Below are positions 31,101 through 46,100 of a DNA stretch of 64,000 bases, one piece after another. Each line of letters starts with the position of its first letter. The stretch's first letter is position 1. Origin of the DNA: Pelagomonas calceolata (taxonomy: Eukaryota); assembly GCA_918797485.1 (NCBI GenBank), contig CAKKNE010000004.1:2976001-3040000 (forward strand), given 5' to 3'. The notes beneath the pieces were generated by a model, which was given only the letters and a program-made list of their open reading frames with translations, did not search any database and was not told the origin of the DNA. The translations under genes were made by a program, and so were the position numbers.

Positions 31101-34100
31101 GCCAAAAGCTAAAGTGCCGTTGGCCCATTTGAAATCGCCGGCTTCGGCGGCCAAACCGCCGGCCACGTAGTTCGAGTTCTCCCGTGGTAAATGTCGAGCC
31201 GTCGAGTCCATTGTCGAGTAATCGACATTACACGAGGTCGTGTTGTCGCCGATGCGCTCGATTACTATAGAAGTGGCGTTGCCCTCTCTCACAACTCGCG
31301 AGGAAGTGTCCTTGAACTGGATCGTCGCCTTCTGAGGTAAGGTACAAACGGACGTTCGAGATACGGGCTTCGTGCACACGAAGCCGCTTTCCACCGTACA
31401 ATTCGCCGAGCAGCCGTCGCCACTGATACGATTCCCATCATCACAATCCTCGGCGGTCAGGTAGATGCCGTCGCCGCAGACGACAACCAATGGCTTGACG
31501 GCCTCCATGACCTTGGGTTCTGCGGTCGTCGCGGCGGCGGCGGCGGCCTCGGCGGCCACCTGGGCGAGGTCGACGGGCATTGCAGAAGCGGGCACGCGGC
31601 CCTTTTCCACGACGCTGACAGCAATGGTCGCTGACTGAGCGAAGTTTAGGATTGGTACAAAGGCGTCGAAGGCGCCCTGGCCGGAGCAGCCCGTGAGGTC
31701 CTCGCCATCAAGGGTGTAGAGGCGCACGGTCCAGGCGCCCGGCGCCGTCGCCCAGGCCTCGACGCGACCATCACCAAGGACGCCCTGGAACAGACCCTCT
31801 CCTAGACCGTCCGTCAGAGCGGCCGCCACTTGGGCCGCCGTCGCGGTCGCCGAGATAGCAAGAGACGTGCCGTTGCCGCACGAGTTGTTGCCTTTGAGTG
31901 CGAGCCGGAACGAGCCATCCAAATCAGCTAAGGCCGTGCTCGAAGTCAGCTCGATAGTCTGCTCGGCGTAGGCGTAGCCGGTTCTATAAGAACCGGCGCA
32001 CGTCTCCGTAATTGTTGATGTTGTATTGTCGAAGTCGCCCGTCAATGATGAAAAATCAACACTTACCAGAGGCAAATCACCCACATTCTGCACGGCCTCG
32101 CCCTTCAAGATCGAAGAGGGAAACTCGACGCCGAAGCGGAGCTGGGTCGCTGCTAGTTGCTGAGTCTGGGAGAACGCCGCCGCCGTGTCATTGACCAACA
32201 GACCGCGGACCGTGACGCCTTCGTCTCGGACCGTATCCAAATCCTTCAGGGCCTGCTCGATGTCGGCCGCCGTAGCGAAGACGGCCAAGGGGGATGTGGT
32301 GGCGCCGCCAAAAGACAACGTGAAGGTGCCCTTGAAGCCCGAGGAGGTGGACGTGTCCAAATCTGTTGATTTCAGCCAGACTTCCTGCTTCTCTCCAGAA
32401 CCGGTAGTAGATGAGGCAATACCACATTCCGTGAAGTCGGAAGGCGGTGCCATTGTCGGCGCCGGCGTGTCGACGCACGACGTGCCGTCGCCATTCGCGA
32501 CACCACACGCATCGAGACAAGACGTGCCGTTGCCGCCCTCAACGCCACAAATATCCAAGGGCTTCGTGACGAGCATACCTAGAACAGGCACGCCCACATC
32601 CAACTGCCCGGCGTCGGCCTTCTCCTCTAGCGTACTCACGGCATTCATGAGCTCGTCGAAGTTCGAGGTGGACGAGTTCGTACTATTCGAGGTTTCCTGC
32701 AACCGTCTCCCTCCAGTAACGTTGCAGAAGGGTCCTCCGTAATTCCCCGTGCATACACACAATCCCGTGGCCGGCGCGCACATGCCGTAGTTGCACTCTT
32801 CTGAACCATCACATAAGTCGATCTCCTGGAGCTGCCACTCGACCTCCAACCCATCATCTTCCAGCAGGCGGCGCCCCTCCCGTAGCCTCCGTCTGTTGCC
32901 CGGCACGATGTTCGTCACCTTGATCCGAGCCGGGTCGATCATGAGCACCGACGCCAGATTCCGCACGAAGGGATCCTGCTTGACGATATTGCCACCATTC
33001 GGGTCGTAGTCCGCCGCGTAGTCCGGCGGCACGAGATCCGCAAATTCGTTGTCGATCGCCGCGGGATCAATCAAGTTATCGGCGAAGAACGCGTCGAAGT
33101 CGACGGCGATCGCTAATGAGACCTGCACGACCTGCAGAGCCTGCATTCTTACTTCTTCACTCCCTTTGAGGACCACGGCCGCTATCTTGGTTGTGGCGTG
33201 CTGGAACCCGAAGCCGTTCTCTCTAGCCAGAGTTACATCTGTGCGTCTTACTCCTCCATTGACCTTCCTGCCATTCACGTAGAAGAGCAACTTGCACGGT
33301 TGTAAAAACTTGACCGTGACGATAATCGCGAAGTCCGTATCGCCGACCGGGGCTCGCGAGCCCGTACCTAGCAACTGGAAGCCATAATCTCCTTCCGCGG
33401 AGAAGGCGGTCACATCGCCCGTATAGTCGATGTGATAAATACCACCGTTCGGCACGCTAAACACGTACGGCGACGGCCACCTTTCTAAAAACTGGGCCTT
33501 CTCCGAGTCGACGGGGTAGTTTGGTAATACTGCTACGACCGTATCGTCCTGGAAGTACGCTTCCGAGCACATGGTTTCTCTTCTGACGGTGGAGATCGCC
33601 GCGGGGGCGAACAAAACTTCGCTGCCCGACGTGATCTTGAGCGGGTTCGTGAACTTGAGGGTGACAAAGTCTTTGGTGCAGGTCTGCACTCTTCTATTCG
33701 CAGACACGTTGTGCAGCGGCTGGCAGGGGTCCTGCACGCACTCGCACACCGCATTAGCCTGGTCGCAGCCCCACTTCTTCTTCCAGCAGTCCGACGAATC
33801 CGAGCACGGCCGCGAGCCTGATCTAGGTGGTGGCAAGGGCGAAGCATCGGGGTCGGGGATCGACCAAGAGCACCTGCCCACGTCGAGGTCCAACGCTTGG
33901 CTATGTGTCGCATAGCCTCTTCGAGATGCATCATTGGCAGCGTCCAGTAGATAATCGTTGGCTCGAATGAACCACGGGCACTTGCTGAAGGCCGTGTCAT
34001 CATCATAATTTATGGAGTAGGCCTGGCAGTCCTCCAAAATGTCCTCCGGCCAGGTCCTGGCGACGTCGGCCTTGTACAGCACCGAGCCATCGCTCGTATC

Positions 34101-37100
34101 ATACAACGACCCGTCCTCGTCGAAGTGCGTGCACGCTCCAAAGTCCTGGTCCTTCTCGAGGCCCGACTTGCCGCCCGTGCCCGGCGAGAAGGCCATGCGC
34201 CCGTCGTCGGGCGTGTCGACCCAGGTTAATGATTTCGTATGCAGGGGGAAGCACTGCGCGTTGCCCAGCGCCAGGCACGCTTCTCCCGACCCATGGCCTA
34301 AGGCGGCCGCCTCGTTCCCGAAGGCGACGCCCTGCCTCTTCGAACCGGTTGGCACCTGGTTCTTGGTCCATGTCGTCACACACGAATCCTTCGGCGAGCT
34401 ATACGCGACGAATCGACAGTCGTAGACGTCAAGCTTCGCGTCCGGCAGCGCGACGCCATATTGGAGGCGCGCCCCCTGTTCGCCCCCGTAGCCGCCCCGC
34501 GCGATCCCGAGGTAGTCCCAGTCCCGGAAATAAGCAAATACTTCGTCGAAGGACATCTGCACTCCCGTCCAGTCGACGCAATCATCTGTGAACCCGGCCT
34601 TCTGGAGGTCGAGCAAGACGCCCACGAAGATCGAATCCTTGACCACCCACAGGTCCGCATGCAAGTCAAAGAAATCCATGCCGCCGTCCGCCTTGTGGGA
34701 GCCCATCTGCCAGGGCGTCGCGATCGGCGCCAAGCCAATACCGTTCTCCGCTCCAATGAAATTGCTCACTTCATCCGAGTCGACGGCGAGGCCTACACTA
34801 TTACGGTGGGCCCTTAAGTCGAGCGAGTTGCAGCCCCCGTCCTGGATCCGATACCCAATCCACGACCCGACGGCCACGTTGTCGTCGAATGCGCTGAACC
34901 CCGAACATTTGCGGCCGAAGATGGCGACGGCGGCCCACATGGCGCCCTGGGCGTAGTTCCTCTGGTAAGACAGTTGGCCATCATCATTACCAACGAGCCG
35001 CACGAGGTAGGCCCCCGGACACAACCCGATGGGGCAGCCCGAGCCGTTGTCCCGGTCGGACTCCGCCCCGCCCAAAAACACGTTGTCCTCTACCGTGTGC
35101 CCGCCCGCGAACGCGAAGTTCTCCCCGACGAAGACGTTCCACCGGAAGGTGAGCGTGCCCGTCAATGTAGAAGTTGAGGGCGGCGGGCCCTCGCCCAAAA
35201 AGTTCACCCACTCCTTCTTCGAGGCGCCGTCGAAGGGCGTGACCGCGTGCACGCCCACGAAGTCGACGTGCTCCTGCTCCTGACTATAAATCAGGCAGGG
35301 GATCGCGGCGACGCCGTCCCACGACGCCATGTCCTCCGGGACGCCCTCCTTGAAGCCCTTGCCGCACCTTTCGAAGCGCGCGCCGTGTTTTATCGTGATG
35401 TGGCCCGTTGGGAGTTGTTCTGTGCCCATCTCGTCATACATAGGCATGTACGCGGACCAGCCGGGCTTCGCGGCGACTCTAGCATCCAGCGCGCGGACGC
35501 TGGCGCCCCAGCCCGTCTGCCACGACGTTAATCCCGCGACGCGATCATATTTAGTCGTGTCCGCTCCCAGAATGCGCACGTTCCATCGTCGTAGCGTGAC
35601 CACGGCGCGCACGTCCACCGCTTTTGAGATGGAGGTGCCATTCTCAACACCGGCGTCAACCATCACGACTTCTCCCACATAATCTTGGGTGAGCGCGGTG
35701 TCAAGATACAGAGTCCGCCCGTCCTTTGATACGTCCCGTATGATATGCGACGCGTAGACCTTGGCCGGGCTCGACGCGTCGCCGTGGCCGGCGCCGCCGT
35801 GGTGCTTTGACGACGAGAGGAGCACCTCGTCGCCGACGTCCCAATCAATTGAATCACTTAAGTTGAGATGCTTCTGGCCCACGAACGCGTGGGCGCCCAG
35901 CTTTCGCCACGTCGCGACCGTCGGCCGGCCGTACATCGTTAAATTCCCGTTCAGGTCGAGGCGCTTGAAGTTGTACACCTTCGCCCACTCCCCATTGATC
36001 TTTTTTGTAGTAAGATACTTGTCCCCGTGCAGCGCGACGGTCGCCGTCGTCTCGTTGTTTATGGGGTGCGAGGCGTTGCCCATGACGATGCGGCCGCCGT
36101 CCACCGTGATGTAGTGCGCGTGGAGCGTGACGTCGCGCCCCGCGTCATATTCAAAAATCAGCGTGCCGCGCACCACCAAGCGGTTGACAACGGGCGTGTC
36201 CTGGTCGACCGTCACGGTCCAGTCGTCCCAGATGGTGCCCTCCCAGTAGTCGCTGGGCACGTCTATGCTCGGGTCGTTCGTCACGTTCCAGTTCGCGAAG
36301 TCCTGATCAGAATCGCCCGTGGTCCACTTGAAGCTGCGCGTGCCGCAGCTGCGGCACACGGGCAGCGTCATGGGGCAGCCCTCCGGCCCGCAGAGCGACG
36401 TCTCGATTTCTAACGTCGAGTTGCCGGCCATGAGGAAGGACATGGTACTGATGTTCGTCACATCATAAGGAATCAAGCCCACGGGGTACCACCAGTCCCA
36501 GGCGCCCTCGGTCTCGTTCGTCCAGGTCACGCCGTCGGGCTCGTAGCCCGGCGGCCCCTGGTTCCGGTCGAAGTGGAAGAGGCCGTGCCGCGCCTGGTCG
36601 AGCTTCGTGACGTTGAGCCAGCTGCTCTCGAACAGCAAAGCGTCCGCGCAATCCACTAGAACCAGCGGCTTTTGTAAAGCTCTGTAGACGTCGTCTGAGC
36701 CGCAGTTGTCCAGACCCTCGTCCGTCCCGCATTCGCCGTCGCCCTCGCAGAGCCCGCCGGTGGCAGTGTTGGCGCAGTTATACGAGGGAGTAGAGGACGG
36801 GCACTCGTCGGCGCCGACGGCCCGCGCCGCACAGTCGTCGACGAGGCCGGCGCACTTCTGTAGGACGGCGTTCCGCAGCTTGCCTCCGCTTGGCGTCGAG
36901 ACCCACTCCCAGTCCTGGTAGCCCGTCTCGTCCTTCTCCTCGCACCACCTCAATTCTATAGCCGACGCCTCGTCGTCACTCAACCTTTCGCCACTCACGT
37001 CGTGCTCGATGTCCCAGCAGTACATCGGGGCGATGATATTACTGATAGTCATGGTGCCGTTCGGCGCGCCGGGGTTCCAGGCCGTGCCCCAGCCGTCCCT

Positions 37101-40100
37101 CGCCTCGAAGAACCGAAAGACCCCAAAGTCTCCATCAAAACCGTGGCGCCATCTTAACTCTTCATAGTTGGAGGAGGTGAGCTCGCAGAAGGCCAGCTGG
37201 CTGCCTTCGAGATACGTCCCGGAACTGTCACAGACGCCTCCGGAAATAACTCCAGACGCATCTCGTAACCACGCGCCGCGCGTTTCCCGCGCGCCGGCGA
37301 CCTGCTCCAGGTTCTCGGTATGGACATCGATCGCCTTTGTTACTTGGGGCATCTGATGCAGACTATCACTTCCACACCGCGAAAATTCATTCAAGGAGCA
37401 CGGCTGCGAATCCGCACTGCCAATACTGTAGCCGGGCACGGCCGGCGGCGCCGGCTCCCAGCCGATGTTGACCGTGTTCTCGCCCCACCGCGACATGCTT
37501 TTCTGCGTGACCTCCCCGTACCTGTGGGCCGCCTGGAAGGGCGCCTTCTGGTTGAGGTGGATCACGATCCTTTCGGTGGGCTTCATCTTCGCCGCGTAGA
37601 TCTCGCCCTTGGCCGTGACGGGGATGCCGAGCTGGTCCCGAAAGATCAACGCGTATTCCCGCCCCGTCGCGAGTAAAAACAGGTACTTGCCCTGGGGCGC
37701 CTGCTCGACGCACGACTGGTCGCCGCTCTGGACGTGCCAATACGGTAAATCGTCCCAGAAGCTCCGGTAGTTCGTGGACGGTTTCCAGTCCGTGACGTCG
37801 ACAATTCGAATGTGGGGGAACTTGTACAGTCGCAACGTGTTGGTCTTGGCCGAGGTCCACTTCGCGCTGAACGACACGCGTCGTATGGTGGACGTGCACC
37901 GCACGTACTCCGGCGTCCCCAAATCCTTGTCGAAGACGTCGTAGCCGACCACACAATCCGGGTTGTTCGCGAAGTGGCCCGCGTAGGGCGCAACGACGCC
38001 GCCCGGCGCGCCCGACCCCAGCGATCCGTCGAGGTCGTTCAGGATGCCGGACGTGGCAATATCCCCGCCAAAGCCCTTCTTGAAGGTCGCCGGCCGCGTC
38101 ACGTTCGTGTAAGTGACGTTTTCAAAATCGACCTCGTAGCCGCCCTTAATACCCACACACCAGCTGCACGTCCACAAGGGCGCCTCGAAGTTCACGAAGG
38201 TCGCGTTCTTCACTATTAACTCAGAACCGATTCCCGGGAAGTGCAGGGCGTGGATGCAGCCGTTGCCGTCGTGGTTCACGGCGCCGTTCACGTCCTGCAG
38301 CCCCTCGCACATGTCGCCCGGGCCCGCCGTGGCGATTTCCCTGGTGCGTCCCACAAAATAAGTGTTCGATATTGTGGACTTGGCGAACTCCGTGCCGCGG
38401 CCGTTCATGTACAAAAACTCCAAGCCGGCGATGCCCGGGTTCAGCACCCGCAACCCGTCGAAGTTGACGTCGACGAGAAACTCGCCCCAGACGCCGAACC
38501 GCCCGTTGTTCCAGCCCAGGAAGTCCCGGAACGTGGCCGGTTCGCCAAACGTGTTCGTATCGGCCCCGCCGACCGTCGGGAAGTAGTCTGAGACCTTGAG
38601 GCCGTGCCTTTTGGTCGAGTGGGCGACGTTGCCCTCCATGCGCGCCAAAGGCGTGTAGATGGGAAACTGCTTGGCGTTCTGCTCCGCCGCGGACTGGCCC
38701 GAGATGCCGTCGGGCTTCTCGAGCTGGCGGTACCAAAACCCGTAGTGCGACGACGCCGCGGCCACGTTGCCGTAGACATCATTATCGGGGTTCACGATCC
38801 AGTAGCACGCCGGCGACTGGTCTACTAATAATAGAGACCAGATGGGCCGCACCATCGCCACGAGGTTGTAGGATAAGGTATTCCGCACCTCGGTACCGTC
38901 CTCGATGAAGACCGCGTGACCTCGGGTATCAAAGACCACATTCCACGACACCGTCAAATGGTTCACGCCGTGGATTGCGATCGCTCTGTTATTAGCGTGG
39001 TGCACCGTGCAGTTTTTCACGTACGACTTGCTGACGTTACCGACCATGTGGAAGTGGATCGGGTACTTGCCTAGCTTTAACCCTTGGCCCACGTTCCGCG
39101 TTTCTATGTTCGATAACCTCCCGATAATCGAGTCATCATATAACTGAGAAGACGCAAAGACGATCTGCCCGCCGAACTGCTGTTGTTTGGATTGGTCGTC
39201 GCCTTGGACCACGACGTTCCGCGACAGCAGGCCGACCTCCGCCCGGTACTCCGGCACGACCTCGACACCTCTGTCATCAAAGTACCCATCCCCATGATGG
39301 AAGAAGAAGAGGCGCTGATCTAACTTAATAGAGTAGCCGTCGGTCCACGCGATCGTCCGCTCCTCGGTCTCCATCGGATCGAAGCTTGTGGACGTGATGA
39401 AGATGCGGTCGCCGACCTTCCAGTCGACGGGATCTTGTACGAAAATGGTGTCGTTCAACGCGTGCACACTCTGCGAGAGCCGGGTCCACGGCCGCTGGGG
39501 CAATCCATGCAAATCCAAGATCGCGTCGCGCACCGCGAGGCATTTGGCGCCGTAGACCGGCAGCTCGTACGAGTCCCGGTCTCCCGTTAAGGTAATGGTA
39601 GCTTTATTGGGAAATGGTTCTTGCTCGGTCCCTACAACTAATTTACCGCCGAACACGAAGATGTACGACGCGTTCAGCGCCAAATCGCCGACGTCCCGGG
39701 AGAACTCGAGGACACCACCATAAACTAGTAACAAATGCAAGGCCGGCGGACTTTCATCGAGTACAATGTACTGGCCCTGGGTAATGACCACGGAGTCGCC
39801 TTCCAGCGGTTTATTTTCCAGCACGCCGCCCCACGTCGTTAACGAGGACCACAAGTCGACATAAGCCCAGGTAATTTGATTCGGGTTCCGCGCGTGGCCC
39901 CACGGCCACAGACTCACGAGAATCTCCGCCTCGCGCGCGTCACCGGAATAATCCCAGGCGTTCGTGAGGCACGTGATCATCGTCGTGTTTGTTTCGTTGT
40001 GGAAGGCTATTCCGAGGTTATCACAGTTCACGCCGTCCCAGTCGCAGAGGTGCTGGTCGCGGTACGTGGCTACATCTGACAGTTGTATCGCGCAAGGTAC

Positions 40101-43100
40101 GCCGCCCAGCGTCACGGTCGTGTTCTCGACCGTCGCGAGGCCCTTGCGGATGCCCGTGACGTTCAATCTCAGAGTCGTGCCGCCGGCCGTCGTGCCGTTC
40201 AGCCGCGAGACGCTCTGTAATGTCGGCGTCAGCTCGGGCGCGTACGTGAAGTTGAACCGCGCGTGGGCGTCGCCGTTGTAGAGCTCGAACTTTGAGTCAA
40301 TGTCGACTTCCATCTCCAGGGCCGTGTTCGTGTCCGTCGCCGACGCCTCGAGGCCGTGCTGCGACGCCCACGCGACGCCCTTGCCGCACTGGCTCACGAG
40401 GATGTAGTGGCCGTTAATACTAGTCGTACGATCAGCGGTCAACTTGTGCAGCGCGGACGTGGCGCCGCAGCGCTTCAGCGCCGCCGGGAGCCGCGGCTCC
40501 CACTCGAGGTATTCGTACCGGTACGTCGTAAAGACGACGAGGATCAGGTCGTCGCGCGCCTCGTAGCTCTCGATGAAGTCCGCGGCGCCGTCCGCGTTCT
40601 CCACGGTCAGGTGGTTTTTGTCGTAGTAGTCCTCGAGCGAGCGCGTCTTCGCGTTATAGAAGCCGATGAAGATGCGGTAGGCCGTCGACCACAGGTCGTC
40701 GCGGAAGCGGCAGCCGGCCTCGGACTGAGTGGCCACGAAGCCGGACGTGCCCGTGCGCACGACGAGGGTCGTGCCGGTGCGCAGGCGCGTCCGGACGCGC
40801 GGCCGCGCCGAGACGCCCCCGGCGTACGTCGCGTTCGCGGGCAGCGGCCCCGTGACGCACGTGAGCGTCGACCGGTAGTTGAAGCCCGTGAAGTCCGTGG
40901 CCTTGGGCGTCGGCGCGGGCGACGTCGGCGTCGACGAGGGGATTGACGTCGGCGGCACGCTCGGTCTCCCGGAAGGCAGGGCCGTGGGCACGTAGGTCGG
41001 CCGGCGCGACGCGTCGAAGGTGGTGGGCGCGCCGCTCGGCGCCGCCGTGGGCACGCGACTCGGCGCTGCCGTCGGCACGCGCGTCGGCGAAAGCGCGACC
41101 GGCCGCGGCGTCGGCGCCGGTGCTGGGACGAGCGTCGGTTCCGACGTGGGGGTTGCCGAAGGGAGCGGCAAGGGGACGGAACTCGGCGCCGCGGTCGGCG
41201 GCGTTGTGGGGGCTGACGAAGGCAGCGAGGACGGGCCTGACGACGGGAGAGGCGTCGGCGGCCACGACAGCGGCGTCGGCAGCTCCGTCGCGAAGGTGGG
41301 CGAGGCGGACGGCGCCGGGATGGTCGGTGCGGGCGCCGGCGCGCTCGTCGGCTTGCTCGTCGGCGCGGCCGAGGGGCTCATCGTCAGGAGCGTCGGCTCC
41401 GGCGTCGGATGCTCGGTGAGTAGCGTGGGCGTCGGCGACGGAGCGGCGGTGGGCACCGCCGTCGGGGCGCCGGTCGTCGGCGACGGGGAGGGGAAGTCGG
41501 TGTTGTAGGTCGGCGAAGGCGTTGGCGCCGACGTTGGCTCCGCAGACGGCAAAGCGGTCGTCGGCGTCGGCGAGGGCGCCACGGTGGTGTACGTCGGCGA
41601 GGCCGACGGCGGGAGCGTGGGCTCGGCCGTCGGCACGGCCGTGGGGACGAACGACGGCGCCGCCGACGGCAGCCGCGAGGGCGCCGGCGTCGGCAGCGCG
41701 GACGGCAGCGCCGTCGGCACCGTCGACGGGGTCGACGAAGGCATGGACGAAGGCACCGCCGTCGGCGCGAACGACGGCGCGGGCGTCGGCAGCGTCGAGT
41801 GCGACGGCAGCATCGTCGGCGCGGGCGTCGGCGGCACCGACGGGTAGGCCGTCGGCTGGAGCGACTCGTGGAAGTCCTCGAAGAACTCGACGACCTCGCA
41901 GTCGGCGCCGGCGATAGTAACTTTGTTGTCGTCCAGCGCCTCGGCGAAGCCGTCGCCGACCATGGTGATGTAGGTGCCGCCGGCGAGGGAGCCGCGCTCC
42001 GGCGTCGCGCGCGTCCGGTTGTCCGCGTAGAGGCCGACCTCGTAGGCGAGCGGCTTGGCCGGGCCCGCGATGCCCGACGGCGCCGTGACGACGACGGCGT
42101 GCGTGCCCGCGGACGCGTTCGGCGACGCGCAGGTGATGCGCGTGTCGTTCGCCGTCATGACGGGGCAGGGCAGGCCGCCGACGGTGACGCCGACGCCCGT
42201 GGCGCCCCCGAAGCTCGTGCCCCGAATGTCGACGATGGACCGGAAGCGGCCCGGCGCGTCCTGGACTATGGACGTGACCTCGGGCGTCGACGACGACTTG
42301 CGCTCGTGCGTCACGCCGCCGGAAAACGACTCCGTCGCCATGCTCACGTCGTGCACTTGCAGGAAGTAGCCGTCGTCGAGCGACGTCGGCTGCACCGCCA
42401 GGATGTCCCCCGCGTCGAAGAGCCAGCGGTAGTAGCGGTAGAGGCCCCCCTCGATGGTCCGCGTCACGGTCTGCGCGGCGCCGTTGCCCGTGCGGTCCGC
42501 CGGGAGGCAGACCGTCGCGTTTTCTATCTCACCACTGGTCATGTTCAGTGCCTCGGTCACACCGTTCGGCGCGCGGGCGTATGAGTCGAGGTCGTCCCAG
42601 ACGACGCCGTCCTCGCTCCCGGCGAAGGTCCAGCCCGCGCAGTTCGACGCCGACGTGGCCGTCGTGTAGCTCCGCACGGCCTTGGGGGTGCCGGCGACGC
42701 GCCGTAAGACTTCGTAGTCGCCACAGTTGTTCAGACTGTTCGTTGTGCCCCACTCCCCGTCGCCCTCGCAGAGCTCGCCTATTGCTACGTCGTCGCAGGT
42801 CGCCAGATCCGGGTCCGCGGGGCACTCGCTTTCGTCGATTACTTCGACCTGGGCGTCCGCGCCCAGGTCGAACACCAGCGGCGCTTGGGTCGTGGGGAAC
42901 TTGACGTCCCAATAGCTGCTGTCATCGTTGTCGTATGCTTTTGACTGGGGGAATTCGCCCTCGTAGTCCGCGTCGACGTCAATGTACCTCTCAGAATACA
43001 GGTCGACCTCGCCGCCCGCGCCGATGTCGACCGTCAGCGTGCCCGAGTCCGTCGACGACGACGCGCCGATAAGTGATCGCAAATTAACAATGGCGTGGAG

Positions 43101-46100
43101 GCGGTCGTACTCCGACTTGACGACGTCGGCCTCGAAGACCGATCCGGAATATGAGAAGCTCAACGTACCCGCATTCTCGTCCCAGGCGCACGGATACTTC
43201 AAAGCATCGTCACACGTGTCGAGCGACCGATCAGCATGCTCGGCGCAGTCCGGGAAGCCCGCGCCCGTCAGCACGATGCTTTGACCGCCGTAGATGGACC
43301 CCGAGAGCGTCTGCGCGTCGAGGACGAAGGGCGACCGGTACCACAGCTTGTAGCCGAGGGCGTAGCCCTTGTTCGGCACGTGGACGTGGACGACGTGCAC
43401 GCCCGCCGGGAGCTTGGGCGGGTCGCAGGCCACCTCGGACGGCGTCTCCCACTTTACGGGACACGCCCAGGCGCCGATCTTCACGGTCTTGCCCGAGGGC
43501 GCGAAGCCGGCTCCTTGTATGACCAAAGGCCGCTCGCGGTCGGCGTAGACCGCGCCGCCCTTTGATGAAGTATTGTGGGCAACGGGCGTGTACCGCGTGT
43601 CGTTGCCCGCGAAGGTGTATACACAGTTACCAAGGGCGCAGTTCGACTCCTGGTACGCCATACTCGTATCGACGACGTAGGCGCTCGCCGTGCCTTTAAC
43701 AAAAGCGCTCTTCGAGGCCGTGGCAACGGCGTCCGTGACACAGGTCAAGTAGGAAGCGTTCGTCACAACGACGTCGGAGCAAGTCGCGACGCCGAGGATG
43801 ACGAGCGTGCCAGGGCCAAAGCCCGCTCCTTGAATATGCAGCATCGTGCCGCCCGCCAGCGAGCCCATGGTAGGAGTAAAGGACGTGACCCTTGGTAAAA
43901 TGTCCACCGTCGGGTTCAGGTTATCGTCGTCGTCGCGGATTTCGGCGTTGCCGTAGCCCTCGACGAAGACGCGCGGGATCGCGTCCGTCTCGGGCGCCGC
44001 GTCGGCGTCGAGGAGGCACTTGAGTTCGTCGTACTGCTCGTCGATCTTGATCTGCGTACACGCCGCCTCTCCCAGAGTCACCGTCATGGTCAGCGCGAGG
44101 TCGTCGGGCCCGCCCAGTCGGAGGTCGCCCGGCCGTGGCCGCGGGCCCTCGCCGGCGGTGAACCAGTCGAAGTCGGCCACCGGTGAATCCGTCCGGTGAC
44201 GAAGGGCGAAGGTCACGACGTCGCCCGCAGCAATGTACGACGGAGGCTCGTAGACCAGCCGCGGCGTCGAGGCGGCCGTGTACGAGAACTCGCAGGCCGA
44301 CGCGTTCGCCGCGGGCAGGACGCAACCCGGCGGCGTGCAGGTCTGCGACGCGCACTTGAAGTAGAAGGGCTCGTAGTTCCAGTCGACCTGCATGTCGATG
44401 ACGCTGGTCGCGTCGACGGACGCGTCGTTCGCGGGGCGCGTGTCGCAGACGATCTCGTACTTGGACGCGCTCACGACGTCGCAGAGCGAGCCGCACGTGC
44501 TCGGATTTAGGCTACAGTCCCGGGCCTCCATGCACGTCGTCATGTGCAGGCCGCACTCGATCGCCTCGGCGCTGCCCGGGAGTCGTATCGTGTAGTCCGC
44601 GAGCGACGTGCCCATGTCCACGGACCCGCTCGCCTCGTCGGAGTAGAACGTGTGGTCCGTCGTGAAGCCCGAACCTCTGAGCGTGAGCCGCGTGCCGCCC
44701 GCCAGCGACCCTTGTGAAGGCGACACCGAGTACAGGTAGTTGACGTACACAAAACTCCGGTTGCCCGTCGCCAGGCCGCGGCCGCGCACGTGCATCGTCA
44801 CGGGCCAGCTCGTGTCGTGTAGATTGTACGTCGGCAGGAGCTTCACGACCGTCGAATTCGCGAACGTGAGCACCGTCGGGCTGCCGCCGATGTAGACGAC
44901 GGGCGACTCGGGCTGCGTGTAGAAGCCGAACTCGTCCATGCGCCAGTGGTAGTCCCACTCTGGTATATTCGCGTCGAAGTTCCGGCCCCGTATCGTGAGC
45001 TCCTGGCCGGCCATCCCCAACGAGTCCATCGCGAGGATCACGGGCGTGTTCTCATCAACTAACGTATAAACTTGTGACGACGACGCCTTGGGCCCGCTGA
45101 AATTCGCATGCATCATGAACGTGCCCTGCTGGTCGTAGTCCTCGTCGTATAAAATACAATCCTTCACGGGCGTGAATTTGGTGACGTCGTGCAGGTCTTG
45201 CAGCTCCAGGCCCCAGTTCCAGATGCGGTAGCCCCTCAGGACGAAGCAGTCCATGTTCCGGGTCGCCTGCTCCAGTTGTGTTTTTGTGGCCGCCGTGTAG
45301 TTCTGGTAGACGGCGCCCTCGTCGTGCAAGTCGCGTTCGCGCAGCATCTGGACCGTGACGGGCCCGCTCAACGTTGAATTAGTTTTGAGGTCGTCCAGCA
45401 CGCACTCGATGTACGTCGTCGACGAGTAGTCGAGCCACTCGGAGTTGGCCCGGTCCCGCGAAGGCGCGTGCGCGTTCCAGACGAGCTCGTAGCCCTTTGT
45501 GGAGGTCGCAGCACACTCGAAGCCCGAGTCGTACTGGGAGACGCGGCAGTGGAAGTTCTTCAGCGTGCGCGGCGTGCACGGCACGCCGGCCACCGTCACC
45601 TTATTCTGGGGGCCGAGCCGCGAAAAGCCCTCGCCCCAGATGCGGATGACGTCGCCGCCGAGCACCGAGCCGTTGCGCGGCGCGAAGTCGTGGATCTTGA
45701 GCGGGATCTCGTACGTGCTCCGCGTCTTGTTGACGTGCCGCGCGAAGCCGACGCCGACGACGCGCACGTCGACGGGGTAGCGGCCCGCGGTCGCCTCCCC
45801 GCGTCGTAACGTGCACTCGATCACCGTGTGGTTGACGTGGGACACGTCGCACGTCGCGCCGCCGATGCCGACCTCGACCTCGCCGACGACGTCGGAGAAG
45901 AGCGTGCCCGCGATCGAGATGAGCTGGCCGGCCGCACCCTTCCGGGGGAAGACGTCCGTGATCGTGGGCGTCGCCTCCTTGGCGTACGTGTAAGAACCGA
46001 GGGACGCCGACGCGAGCTGCTGTTCCGCGGAGCCGACGCTCACGACGACCGGTAACGCTTCGGTGGTCTTCACCCGGAAGAACTCCATCGACAGCGAGTG

